This document shows, in pieces, positions 25,546 through 41,523 of a stretch of DNA of 64,000 bases (positions are counted from its first letter, which is position 1; every line of letters starts with the position of its first letter). Under the pieces are notes generated by a model. The model ran no database searches, was not told the DNA's origin, and saw only the letters and a program-made list of their open reading frames with translations. Origin of the DNA: Octopus vulgaris (Eukaryota). The DNA lies in contig OX597817.1 of NCBI GenBank assembly GCA_951406725.2, forward strand, positions 115,754,001 through 115,818,000. The letters are read 5' to 3'. Made by a program: the position numbers and the translations under genes.

Positions 25546-25762
25546 GTATATCTACTTTACATGATTACGATCTTACGTTGACTTTCAAGTCTTTCTCAAT
25601 TATCTCCCTTTAGGCTGTTTCCAAAGTTTTATTTTCCTTTTTCTGTTATTGATTTTACTCGTGTCTCTATCTTTGAGAACCTGATGAATAAAGAAATCAA
25701 ACTATATCAATAATCGGCAGCAAAACCGTTCAGAAATTAAGTAACACTAACATAATTTTATA

Positions 25763-25794
<32 letters not shown>

Positions 25795-27639
25795 TATACA
25801 TACATATTAACACTTTACAGTATACTTACATATATACATACGTCTATACATCGATCTAAAACAAAAGGCGTTCTAAAAGAAGGCCGGAATTTAAGAGAAG
25901 ATAAAATGGTCTCATGATCATTTTAAAATTTCTGAGAACTTAGTATTACCTCTGCCTTTGAAACTATTTTGTATGCTGAACTTGTTAACTTTGGCTTCTA
26001 TTACAAAAGTAGTACGAACTATTTATTTCTGTTACTAAATTTTCTACAGCCTATAGGTTGATAGATATAACTGTATGTATATCTACCACCCTCTATATAC
26101 ACATACATGTAAGCACACATACATTAATATATGCAGAGAAACATACATGATACACATACACACATAGACACGTATGCACATATTCATACAAACATACATA
26201 CACAAATACGCACATATACATACATACATGCATGCAATCATATATATAAATGAGTAACAAAGATGTACTTCTTTAGTTGATTAATGAAAGCATTAAACTG
26301 TTGCAAAAGAAACCATTTTCCAAGAGCGGATCTCTGCACTAAGTTAGGTCGTGTTATGTGCATACACAGCAAGAATATCAAGTGAAAACACTTCTGCACG
26401 GAGTTTTATATTCACCTGATATTGTTCGTGTGTACAAATTAGATCGATCTAACAAAGGGTCTCAATTTAAGTACCTAATTCAAACGTATCTTATACATAC
26501 ATACATACTTACATATATACATATATAACTGTTTTTTATTAGCCGGGAAGTTTAGGTTTACATTTCTTCGTGCTCGACGAGGGAATTCTTCAGTTCCTTT
26601 TTCAACATTTTCTAGTGTTATTCTTAATTTACAAAAAAAAGGGAAAAATTCTATCAGCTATTAAAGACATATTATGTCTACACGAATATTAATCGGTAAG
26701 TTCGATTTAAAATCATTATGTTATATTTAAGATCTATCATTCGACTAGTGCTTTAGAAATCAATTTAATATTTGAGTAGCTACCGTTGATTATTAAATCC
26801 ACACTAAACCGTATTGAGTACATCGATAATTTAAAGATATTCGTCTGAACATCTATCCATCCTACTCCCGAACACTTTGTCCTATGAACACATAATACAA
26901 TATATACTTGCTTAATATCTTTAAGTTTCGATTTAAGTGAGTGTTTTCTATATCTTGCAACTCAAGCGACCACGTGGAGGGTTCCTTCATGCGAATGTAT
27001 AGCGTGATCATTGAAGCTGATTGGGAATTAATAGCTGCAATGATGGATTTGCAGTATAAATAGATACATTATGAATCCTATGTTACTGGTAAGGTTTTTA
27101 TTGGTAAACGATGTTCGTTTGAGATTTATTGTTTCTGGTACTACGATAATATATTTCTGTAGTACATTCATAACACTTTCTTGCAATGGTGCGTGATCTA
27201 AGCTGTCTGCATTGTGTATTTCCCCTTTACAAAAATATCAACAAGCAACTTATTTTTTATTCTACATATCTTCTCATGAAATATAGTACAACAGAGTATT
27301 ACGATTAGATTTATTGTATTACGCTTTGCATTATAAACAAAAAATATAGGCTAATGAACCTTGAAAGAATAGTGTAAAGAAAAGTTAAGAATGCTAGCGT
27401 ACTTGTGTCAAACAAAAAATGCCGATATCTTGATTAATGATAGAAAAAGGCGCAACAACAGAAGGGGAAACACCATTAATAAATGTCCGCAATCTAGTAC
27501 ATAAATAGAATTGAAGCACTTGAAGAAATAAATTCGATTGTAACGTCTTGGGTGAAAATATCGCCAACATAATGTTTCTGTGTGTATATATACACAAACA
27601 CACACACACACATGTGTGTATATACATAGATATATATAT

Positions 27640-28030
27640 AGACATGGCTGTGTGATAAGTACCTTGCTTACGAACCACATTGTTTCGGGTTCAGTCCCAC
27701 TGCGTGGCACCTTGTGCAAGTATCTTCTACTATAGCCTCGGGCCGACCAAAGTCTTGTGAGTGGATGTGATAGATGGAAACTGAAAGAAGCCTGTCATAT
27801 ATATGTATATGATATGCGTGTATATGTTTGTCAATGTGTGCTTGTCCCTCCAACATCGCTTGACAACCGATGGTGGTGGGTTTACGTCCCCGTAACTTAG
27901 CGGTTCGGACAAAAGTGTCCGATAGAAAAAGTAGTAGGTTTACAAAGAATAAGTCCTGGCGTCGATTTGCTCGACTAAAGGCGGTGCTCCAGTAGTGCCA
28001 CAGTCAAATGACTGAAACAATTAAGAGAGT
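27640..28030 (+). mobile_element. tRNA-derived SINE, family B (near full length)
   Basis: TGGCTGTGTGATAAG (A box-like)...GGGTTCAGTCCC (B box-like)...GGCACCTTGTGCAAGT...GTGCTCCAG...ATGACTGAAAC. Confidence 0.85.
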
Positions 28031-28164
28031 TAATAGTATATATGTATGTGTGTGTGCGTGTGTGTATATATGTGCATGTATATGTATATATTTTTTCAGG
28101 ATTAAATACAAAGAAGACAACAAACGGAGAATGACATACCTCTATTTCTCTCTCTCTCTCTCTC

Positions 28165-28257
<93 letters not shown>

Positions 28258-28544
28258 AAAAGACGAGTAGTAAATAAACAAGCGGAGATATATTAAATAC
28301 ATAGGGGAACAGAAGCCACAATGGGTCACCAACATCTCATCAGTTATCGGCCAGAGTGTCAATTGCAATTTCGGCCATTATCGATCATATTACCTCCATT
28401 CTAGAGGCACCTGCAAAACCTTGCCGGGAATGGGACCAAAACATAACAAAACGAGACGGGCTCGAGACGAGACCGTGAATGGAAGGACGAGAGACATAAC
28501 AATAAACAGAATAAAGGCTTAGGGTCAGATGAAGACAACAATTA

Positions 28545-28692
<148 letters not shown>

Positions 28693-29227
28693 TAAGGCTC
28701 TCATGGCTTCTGATCTTAACTGATTGGAAGTGTTATCATGTACATTGTTTTGTCTTGGTATAAAAGATGGGCTAAAGCAAATATTCTGCTCAATGCCACA
28801 GATTTGCTTGTCAGTTGTTTGACCTTAAACAGTTGAGTATGTCCCTTGGTGGCTGACGATATGTGCATTTCTGATCACGAGCAGAAGTAGTGGGGGAGCA
28901 TCATAGCCATGTGTTGAGAGGGATTCTTTGGGGTTTGAATAATTCACTTCTGGAAACATGGGTGTTTCGTTCAACATCTTTAAACAACCCTTATTCAGGG
29001 ACCTTTCGAGTGGGATGGGTTACTCAACCTGAAGAAAATTCTAACTGGGCCCCACCTGCAAGGTCATGTGCTGTTTATCTTGATATGAGATCACCATGTC
29101 GCGCACATATGGTTGTGATGCATGTGCCTAGTGTACCCTTATCAGACGGGTAGTCATGATGGGTATACTGGGCTTCGTACATTTTACCCCAGTGTTACTT
29201 TGATGGCATGCACTGCTCTCTCACTCA
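28693..29227 (+). mobile_element. Non-coding interspersed element flanked by (AAT)n on both sides
   Basis: GC-richer block with sharp borders, ending CACTGCTCTCTCACTC(AAT)n; no convincing ORF. Confidence 0.55.
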
Positions 29228-31229
29228 ATAATAATAATGATAATAATCTTTGTCGGCATTCTCCATTTAGGAACTCTTCAGGATACAATTATTGTTATAG
29301 GTGAAAATTAATTCCATCAAGCATGAGGTCTGCCCGTTTGTCTCTCTTTCGCTTTCTGTTTGTTCTCTCTCTCTCTCTCTCTCTGTATACAGTAGGTATG
29401 TTGTGATGACCTGAACAAGAGTGCTTAATATTGGACTGTCGACTTGTGGTAGAATATATGTTTTTGTGTATGTGCATGCGTTTGTATGTTTGCGTGCGTT
29501 TGTCTGTGTGTGAATGTGCGTGCATGTGTGTGTGTGTGTGTGTGTGTTGATAAAACAGAACTAAGAGTGGTACGATAAATGCGATGTGTATTTAAGTGAT
29601 TATAAAACTCACCTTTATATGAAACTCCTTAATTATCTTCCTGATAATATTTGACATATTTTAGTAAAAGAAACAAATTTCATGCCAGCAAAATACATCA
29701 CTGCTTGCGTATTTGAAAAATGGTAATGTTAAAAGCCTTAAGAAAACAAGTATATAGCTATGGATATAATTCTAATTCTTTTAAGAATGGATTCACACAA
29801 ATTCTCTAGAATGTATGAGGTAGAACATCGGAAGAATATTAGAATAGTATGGTAAAAATACTCCTTTAAAATTTGGCTACGTTTTTATTCATTCGGTGTA
29901 AATGTCTTACAATAGTAAACACTGCCGTCAATTTTGATGATGTTCTAGGAGTCGATTTAATCTACTAAAGCATTCCCATTCCTCTATAAATGTGTCGCCT
30001 TGTGCCAACGTACTAATCGAATATTTTGATTTATTTTATTGCTGATTAACATTGATATCAATTGGGTTTATCGTTGCAGCAGTCTAGAATTAACAAAGTT
30101 AGAAGTATATTCAATTTTAGTATACATGAAATCATTATTCAGTGTAGGTATTCCAGTTGCAATAAAATAAGCATAGAACAATCTTATGAAATACATTATA
30201 TTGAATAAAAGACAAAATAAGTTATAAAAGGTACTCTTTTTATTATAGCTAATCAAATTTCAACAAAATTATTTCTTTTAACCTTTGAAAGTTTTTAATG
30301 CCGTTGTCTTAGCTCCAGTTAATTAAGTAATTAATCCTTATTGAACTTGTTTTCTTTTTCTCTAACAAATCCTGACAACTGCTGATAGAACTGTAAAGGT
30401 ATAACACAGAATACGATAATATTTAATGACATAATACAAATCGAATTGAAAACTTCTTGCATCATCACTAATTGGTACTTTGACTTTTATCGCTTTCAGA
30501 ATCTAAGGCAATTTGAATATTTGTCAAAGAACCTACCAATAATGATAGTTCTACGCTCTTAGTCATTGGCTTCGTAAAAAGAAATTATGAATTGCATTCT
30601 CTTTTAAGTTGGAATTTCATTATTATAACATTTTATTAAATCTAACACGCGTAAATTAACTTATATTCTGCAGTGAAATAATGTGATGACGTTCATCAAT
30701 TAGGTAGCATAACTCTTCAACTAGTTTCTTCGAAGAACAAGTATTAACTTCAAAATAGCTACACCCAGTACATTACTTTATGAGAATATATAGTATTATA
30801 GTAACAATTGTCTAATTTCCAATTATCCATCTCCACATCGTACACAAAGTATGAATTCCATCAATTGTATTGCGCCCATTACTCTTTTTTTTATAATTCT
30901 AGATTTGGAAAATGTTAATGACTATATTTAGATTATGTAAAGAATTTACTGTTGTGGGTTTTAGAAATGAAAAGAACCATAATAAAATACTGATACAATT
31001 AGGTTAGACAGAAATAGAGTGTGAGCCAATGTATAGTTAATAGGGAGGTTTCTAGTTCAGAAACGAGGATGATACTTTAATTGAGGACACTATAGAAGAT
31101 AGACACAGATATAGAGTTAAGAAGGTCAACAAAAGAGAGAGAAAGAGAGAGAGAGAAAGAAAAGGAAAAGACTGAGATATATGAAACAGTGTATCTGTAG
31201 ATCACGAATCGTAATACGTTGGCGATGAT

Positions 31230-31826
31230 CCTTTTCGAGTAATTTAGTCAGGATAGGAAACAATATCTACAACATCGCCACGTTGCCAAATGCCGAACGG
31301 TGGTATTGCAAAGGAGTAATTTACATTGAATAGTTACCATCTAATACAACAATCAATGGTCAGGTCTACTGTCAGCAAATAGAGTGTTTGAACCAAGCTT
31401 TGAAGAAAAAAGATACGCTTTAGTGAATCGAAAAGGAGTGATGTTTCATCAGGAATATGCGCGACCCCACACTGAAAAGATCACATTAGAGAAGATCGAA
31501 GAGCTTGGTTGGGAAACAAATTCCTCGTCCACCTTATTCTCCCGACCTTGCTTCTACAGACTACCATTTCTTTCGTAGTTTACAGAATCATTTGGGGGAC
31601 ATAACTTTCGCAAGCCAGAAGGAGGTCGAAACTGATATTTCAGAGCTCTTCGCTTTGAAATCAAGGGTTTTACATTGATGGGATTAAAAACCTTGTAAAT
31701 AGATGGAAGGAAATCATAGATAATCAGGAAAAGTGGATACATGATTAAATTTCAATTAAATATAACATTTGATCACCTGTTTTCTTTATTCAAAATTCTG
31801 AGAGAACTTAAGGGATGACCTGATAA
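31230..31826 (+). pseudogene. Decayed mariner transposase with 3' terminal repeat
   Basis: NRKGVMFHQEYARPHTEKITLEKIEELGWE, then PRPPYSPDLASTDYHFFRSLQNHL after a frameshift; end GAACTTAAGGGATGACCTGATA. Confidence 0.85.
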
Positions 31827-31989
31827 TATATATGTATGCATATATACATACGCATATGCAAGTATATATATGCATATGCATATGTGACCAAAGAACATCA
31901 CGGAACCTAAAGAATATAAAAAAAAGAAAACATGAGATACGAAATACGAATATATATATATATATATATAATTATATATCGAAACAGAA

Positions 31990-33050
31990 AACTTCTATAA
32001 ACCCACAGATCTAAACAATACCTATTATTCAACTCATGGCACTCCAAACACAGAAAGATTAATTTACCTTATAATCTAGCGAAAAGAATCTGTACCATTG
32101 TTTCGGACACCTATAATCGTGAAGGAAGATACCTTGAACTCAGATGGCATTAAACGAGCTATGGAAATAGATACACGAACATTAATGGAAGTCAACCAAA
32201 ATACTAAACTAGACTTAAAAATGCTCCCAATCATCTCCAAACATAACGAAGCCTTTATCACTATTATCCAAAATCTTCCCACCCTCACATGAGATAAAAC
32301 AATGAACAAAATTGTAGGTTCACACAAAATTATCAAGAGTAAAATGCAACCCAAATCATTGAGAAAAATTTTAACTACTGCAAGATTATATCCATTAACA
32401 ACAGAACCAAAAGTGATAAAATGTGGTCGACCTAACTGTGGTACATACCCCCACCTTATGGAGGGTTCAGAATTCCACTTTAACCAAGGTCAAATATTTA
32501 ACATCAAATCAAACTTCACCTGTGCCTCGGAAAATCTTATCTATGCCATTAAATGCTTAGGGTGTGGTCATAATTATATTGATCAAACAGGAATAACACC
32601 CTGTCGAAGAATGACTCTTCACAAAGAAAAAATCCACCATTAACTACACAGACAGACACAGTTTAGTGAACACAAAGAAAAGTGTGCTAGGAATCTTAAT
32701 CCTAATTTCCTAATTTTCCCCTTCTATCAATTTTCACAGAACACCTCAATGCAACAAAGAATGAACAAAGAGCCAACTTTCATCAATAAATATATTCCAA
32801 ATCTCAATATGAACACATAACATAATACAGAATACTACTAACCTTTCAATTAATAGCACTAACCCTCATACATACCATACACCATTCACATTGCAGATCT
32901 ATATGTACCCTAATTGCCCCAAATCCAGAACTACTTACGACCCTTACACTAATCGTTTAACTCAGGGTCTAGTAGACTTGACACCGTTCATTAATCGATG
33001 GGCAATAAAAGCAATGATTTGTAAATTCACGAAACCGGTATGAATAAATC
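31990..33050 (+). mobile_element. Penelope-like element 3' fragment: RT thumb, GIY-YIG endonuclease and terminal repeat
   Basis: KQYLLFNSWHSKHRKINLPYNLAKRICTIVSD (PLE thumb); CGRPNCGTYPH...FTCASENLIYAIKCLGCGHNYIDQTG...RRMTLH (GIY-YIG); contains stops. Confidence 0.88.
32987..33044 (+). ncRNA. Degenerate hammerhead in the PLE terminal repeat
   Basis: ttca-TTAATCGA...cac-GAAAC-cg-GTA-tgaa; palindromic stem III ACCGGT; 5' core decayed. Confidence 0.4.
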
Positions 33051-33093
33051 CTCCTTCTCCTCCTCCAGCATCACCGTCACCATGACCATCGTG

Positions 33094-34669
<1,576 letters not shown>

Positions 34670-34699
34670 ATTATTATTATTTTTATTAAAGTGGTTAGC

Positions 34700-35330
34700 A
34701 AAGCGGCGAGCTGGCAGAAACGTTAGCACGTCGGGTGAAATGCTTAGAGATATTTCGTCTGCCGCTACGTTCTGAGTTCGAATTCCGCCGAGGTCGACTT
34801 TGCCTTTAATCCTTTCGGGATCGATTAAATAAGTACCAGTTACGCACTGGGGTCGATATAATCGACTTAATCCGTTTGCCTTTCCTTGTTTGTTCTCTCT
34901 GTGTTTAGTCCCTTGTGGGTAGTAAAGAAATAGGTATTTCGTCTACTGCAACGTTTTGAATTCAAATTCCACCGAGGTCGACTTTGCCTTTCATCCTTTC
35001 GAGGGTCGATAAATTAAGTACCAGGGAAACCCTGGAGTTGATGTAATCGACCTATCCCTTCCTCCAAGGTGGCTTCCCGTGTGGCAAATTTGAAATGATT
35101 ATTAAAGCGGTGAGCTGGCAGAACTGTTAAAAATCTGGGCAAAATGTTTAGTAGTATTTCGTCTGTCTTTGCTTTCGGAGTTCAAATTCCGCTGAAGTTG
35201 ACTTTGCCTTCATCCTTTCAGTCTCGATGAAATATGAGCCAGTCAAGCACTGGGGTTGATGTGATCGACTATCTCTCTCCCATCAAACTTCCAAGCTCTT
35301 TGCTTATTGTAGAAAGGATTATTATTATAA
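34700..35330 (+). mobile_element. Cluster of three tandem SINE family A units
   Basis: Units start at about 34700, 34932 (5'-truncated) and 35104. Confidence 0.85.
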
Positions 35331-35344
35331 GTAGTAGTAGGTGT

Positions 35345-35738
35345 AAATGAAGGAGGGGTGCTTGACAACTCGAGTGCCGTCAAGCGCTCACAGACCTCCG
35401 CCCGGCGGGCAACACGGTCGGTGGTAGTTCTACTCTAGCGTTCTGTAGAGGGCTAGCGGAGGGAAAGTGCGACTACGTTCTCGGGGAAACTCTGGACGTT
35501 GAGGAAGATCAACTAACCGGTCTGTTTCAGAGAACTTTCGCCCCTGCGTCTATGGATAACTTCCAGAAACCCCTTGCCTGTCAGTGCTACCGAGGGGCGC
35601 TGCCTGTTTGGGATAAACTTTATAGGCACAGAAGTGCCATCAGCCGGGTCTGCCCAAGGTGCACCCAGAAGGATGAAAACGTTCTGCTCGACCTAGTGAT
35701 TGCACTAGCATTGCTAACCTGCGGGTTTATGTCAAAGG
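35345..35738 (+). pseudogene. Tx1/L1-type LINE ORF2 fragment (zinc-binding region after RT)
   Basis: MDNFQKPLACQCYRGALPVWDKLYRH...CPRC...ENV. Confidence 0.75.
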
Positions 35739-35950
35739 GGTGAGCTGGAGAATTGTTAGCAGTTTCGGCCGAATACTCTAAAGCATTTTGTCTGCCTTTG
35801 CGTTCAGGGTTCAAATTCCGTCAAGATCGAATTTACACATTCGCTTATTTTGGGCCTATAAAATAAGTACCATTTGAACGCTGAGGTCGATGTAATAAAC
35901 TTACCACACCCACGAAAGTTCGGATTTTTGGCTTATAACAGACAGGATTA
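35739..35950 (+). mobile_element. tRNA-derived SINE, family A (diverged)
   Basis: GGTGAGCTGGAGAATTGTTAGC...GGGTTCAAATTCCG...AATAAGTACC. Confidence 0.7.
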
Positions 35951-36257
35951 TTATTATTATTAGTTTGTCATGGAGTCCAGTCATTATGTATATTCGTAGT
36001 TTATAACTGATCTCTATTATACTTATATTGTCTATATTATCTATGTTGTTTGCATTACTAAAATCACTATATCATTGTGGCTGATTTTGCTCACCTTCTC
36101 CTTTCCTCTTTTCATCTGCATACATTATTATTATTGTGCTTTCTTTGTTTTCTTTGACGATATCCGTTTTTATGCATTATATTTGTACTTACCAACATAC
36201 TTTTCTCAATGCAAGCAACATAAAATATATGTTAGTCGCACAATGGAAGGGTACATA

Positions 36258-36380
36258 TATTGATGCTAGTCTGATGAAGAGCCATCCATCAACCACAGAT
36301 ATTGCCTATATTTTCACATGGAATAAATTACGTGCAATGGTGTCAGAAACAGAGTGGTACCGGAACAATTGTAGCCAATA
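36258..36380 (+). ncRNA. Degenerate hammerhead-like motif
   Basis: CTGATGA at 36271 ... GGAAC-aatt-GTA-gcca; palindromic stem III ACAATTGT. Confidence 0.35.
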
Positions 36381-38363
36381 ATAAAGATGTGCTAATATCA
36401 TACTTCATTTTCTTACTTGCACTACATACACACATACATACGTACATACATACATACATACATACGTACATACATACACACACATATATATGCATATATG
36501 TATATTTGTATGTATTTCACAAATGATATAATGTATGCATACATATTTCTCTATTTTATCCAGTGTTACAGAATGTGTGGGTTACATATATTTACACACA
36601 AAATAATATAATAATATAACAAGACAAATATTATTGATTTGTATTGAAACGATATTGTAGACAATTTACTACGCAATAGCCAGTTTATTGCTATCGTCTG
36701 TAAACTATTCAGAACAAAAGCAATCTGTATTGACGTTGTTTAGTCCAAAAATATGAGTTACGTTTGATTCTACTTCACAAGACAAAGCTATACAATACAG
36801 AATCAAACGAGATGCTCAATATATTGTTTAAAATCATCTCATGAAATAAATCAGAGTCTGCCAGAGTTTGATAGTAAATTGTTAGAAACATAATACTTAT
36901 CGGTGAATAATAACATAGTTCTATCTATCTAATGTTATCACGAGTAATAGTTAAATAAACAGAGAGAAAAGTACAGCAAGTGTGTGTAGAATGTATAGTT
37001 TTAGTGATGTGACTGGAGCTTAACATATGCGTACATTGGAAAACTGCATCACGCAGAGTTTGTGTGCTTCGTACAATTTATATTACACACATATATGCAC
37101 ACATATAAGTACGTATATCCTGTATCCTCAATGTTCGTGTTTATATTCAAAATTATTATTGTATATGAAACCTACTTCCCAACAATGTTAGTTTAACAAT
37201 AAATATATTGATAATGAAATATTTTCACAGAAATAACACAACGCGTATAAAAGACAAATGTTTAGCTATTCTAATATCATCTTGTTATTTTGAAACTAAA
37301 TTATTCAATAAATGTACCTATCAATACAAAATATTTCATCTTGGTGACTCCCTGGCTATGAATAAAGGGATTAAGCAATAATAAATGTGTATGGGTGTGT
37401 ATGTATGTATGTATGTATGTATGTATGTATGTATGTATGTATGTATGTATGTATGTATGTATGTATGTATGTATGTATGTATATACATATACACATACAC
37501 AATATATATATATACACATAGACAATATATATATACACAGACAAGCATATGTTGTCGGATGGATATTCATTGAAACGCTAATTTATTGAATGAAGTTGAT
37601 TATAGAAATGGTTTCTGTAGATTGTGGAAATGTTTACTTATTTTTTGCAAACAATCAAAAGGTTAGAGTAATTTGAACTTTTCACTGATTAAAAAAAGCG
37701 ACATATACAAAAATAAAACATTTTTCATGTGCTAAGTGAAAAAAATAATCATAGAAGAAACAGCCATAATTCATTACTGTTGTGGCTTAGCCCCAGATAG
37801 ATACGGATTAAAGAAACCCATGTTCAAAATCATTTCCAAGCGTAATGGATCTTTCTTTATCGCTAAAGTGTACATAATCAAATCTCTCTTTTATCAGAGG
37901 GGATGTGATTTAAGCGAGATTTAATATTTAGAGGAGCTCGAACGACAGCCCCTTTGGTGTGTTATTAGGTCGTTTTCTATAAGCAGTTACTTCTATTGTT
38001 TGATCTTTGTGTGGAAGCTGGATGACTTTTCTATTAATGCATACTCGGCTAACATTAAGCAGCATTTCGTAATGTCGACATCATTCAACTACTACTTGAA
38101 ATCTACAAAAGTAGGTTCACAGAATTTAAATAGAATCAGAAACTCATAGCAGGTGTTAAGAAAATGACGTCTAGTCATCTGTCATTTAAAAAGATAGAAT
38201 AGCGCATTAAATTTTTTATTCATATTTCTAGAAGGACAGATACATTCAGACAACTAAGGCAATCTTGTTAAAGGGATGACGAGGCTAGAAAAGTCAACCA
38301 AAATCATCTATTCATGCGAGTGTGTGTACGTATGTGTGTGTGTGCGCGCGCGTGTATGTGTGT

Positions 38364-38432
<69 letters not shown>

Positions 38433-38979
38433 GGAAAAATTAACACGAAGAAAGTGATGACCGACATTTCAGACATGCTTCTTCTTCAACGTTGCGATAA
38501 TGTTGCAAAACTACTTTCTGACCAGCGTAAGGAGTTGCACATAATAGTTTTACCAAAGTCGTAATAATATGTAGAATACCGTCAGTTCCCAGATCATACA
38601 CACACACGCACACACACACACATACACACACATACAGACACACACACACACCACGGGGTTTTTTTCAGTTTCCGTTTACCAAATCAGTTCACAAGACTAT
38701 TTTAAATTAATGCTTCATAGTATTTCAATCTTTTCGTCAAGTGCAGAAAGCACCTTATCATATGTCCTGGTCCTTTAAACACCCCATCAGTTACACACAT
38801 ACTTACTAAATAGTAGTCATACTTCCACCAAATTCAGAGAATAGAACTTGGCAAATTCAGACTTATGCAGGCTTAAACTTATTTGGAATTGTCTTCGTAC
38901 ATGTAATGTTATTTAAAAAATAGTAACCAATATTATATTTCAACTCCAAAAATATTTTTTCTTTTTTCTTTTTTCCCAT

Positions 38980-39548
<569 letters not shown>

Positions 39549-40089
39549 TATTTTATAATTTCTACATGAAATATGTTAAGCGCTTAACTATGTTAACAAT
39601 TCTAGTGCAGATGGAGTCATTGTGTGATTCACAAAGTTTTCTTAAACTTATTTTAGAAGAAACTTGTAAACCATATTCTGCGTATTTATTACGACAAATG
39701 ATATGTACTTCATATTGCTTAAATTTGAAAGCTGTTCTGATATCTATAGAAAATCTATTTCTCCCACACCTACTGTTTAACAAATTGACGTGAATATATA
39801 ACGCTTATTAAATGATTTGCAAAATATAATATGTTTGGAATAACAATGAAAAAAAAAATTGAAAACCTTATCGTATCCCGGGAAACAGTTCCATCGTGTT
39901 TTCATCAAGCATTGAATGATATAGTATTAAATAAAGGGAATTATAGAAATATTTCCATAGCAACTTAAAAGGAAACTCGAGCGAAGTAATGGAACGTATA
40001 TTCTAGTATTATCTCTTATCTCACAATAAGTAATATAATGATCTTTACAGAATTTCGTTTAATTATTTTGCACAGATTATTTAGTACTC

Positions 40090-40143
<54 letters not shown>

Positions 40144-40759
40144 GCACAACCATTTATATACATATATATGTGTGTACGTGCTGAATTTCACGTCATAAAA
40201 TATGTCGTTTATGGCGGTAAAAAGAATCAGTTAATCATTTCTTTCACAGCAGGAAAAGTAGCTTAATAGCATCACTGTATATCTAAGATGGCATGGTAAA
40301 CCAAGCATTAATATTTTCAACTATTTGTTTCTTTGTATATTATAGAACTATCTCCTAATTTTGTAGCATTTTATATTTTCTCTCTTTTAGAGGAATTAGC
40401 GATGCAAAAAAAGAAAGACATTTCAACTACTAAACTATCTTCACAAATTATCCCACAGTCTTGAAAAATTATTACTAAACGTTATAATATAATCCTGAAT
40501 CTGACATGGCAGAGAAAAGGACGAAACGATTAGGAATCCAGTACCGTTCGTAAAACATCACAAAAATGTATGTCTTACGCGTGCGGACGTGATTAAATAT
40601 TCGTAAGATGTAATATATACATACATGTATAAATTTTGTAAAAACACATTTTTGTAGGCTTGAGATGAATTTACAGCGAACATTTACATTAAATACTTAC
40701 ATGGCATGCCTACATTTATTATATGCTGTTAGAACTGATAGGATTATTAAGTCATAGTT

Positions 40760-40890
40760 CTGCCGGGGTTGACTTTGCCTCTCATCCTTTTGGGGTCGAT
40801 TGAATAAGTAGCAGTTTCGTACTGGGATCGATGTTATCGACTAGTCCCACATCCCCGAATTTCGGGCTTAGTGCCGAAATAATAGAAATG
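40760..40890 (+). mobile_element. SINE family A, 3' fragment
   Basis: GTTGACTTTGCCTCTCATCCTTTTGGGGTCGAT... Confidence 0.7.
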
Positions 40891-41470
40891 ACTATTAAGG
40901 CATAGTATTAATACGTAGTATCATAAGGGATTTTAACCAACGTGTATAATTGCCCTACTTCTGGTTTTCCGTTTACAAGGTTGGCTCTCCTTCAATTAAA
41001 TTACTGCTGAATATATTAAGAAATTAAGTCATATAACGATTTATTACATATTGAATATTTTGGAATACAAATATCACTAAGTTTTATTTATATTGTATTG
41101 TCCAGCATGGACACAGAATTGACTATACTGCGTAATTAATGAAAACATATTACCTACATCCGTAGACGAAACCCTGACCCCAACCCGAAAAAAAACCCCA
41201 AGAAACTATTGAACATTTAGTCTCGGATATTCTCAAATGCAGAAATTATTATTCTTTCCACTAAATAGCATTGCAATTATCATAATATATACTTGGTATG
41301 AAAGGACGCATCAGGCCTTTTCGACAATTTTATTTTCTAAGCCAAAACAACGTGCTTCTTTGATACACTTGATAATTATTACAGAAGTAATGAATCTATA
41401 TTGAATATTAAATATATATATATATATATATTTATATCTTTATATCGCTTTCTCTTTATGTCTGGTTGTC

Positions 41471-41523
<53 letters not shown>

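Noticed and set aside
25675-25740. CTGATGA at 25681
   Set aside because: No convincing stem II, GAAA box and stem I combination.
28330-28380. CTGATGA and GAAA on the minus strand
   Set aside because: Boxes are in an order needing a closed stem I that does not pair.
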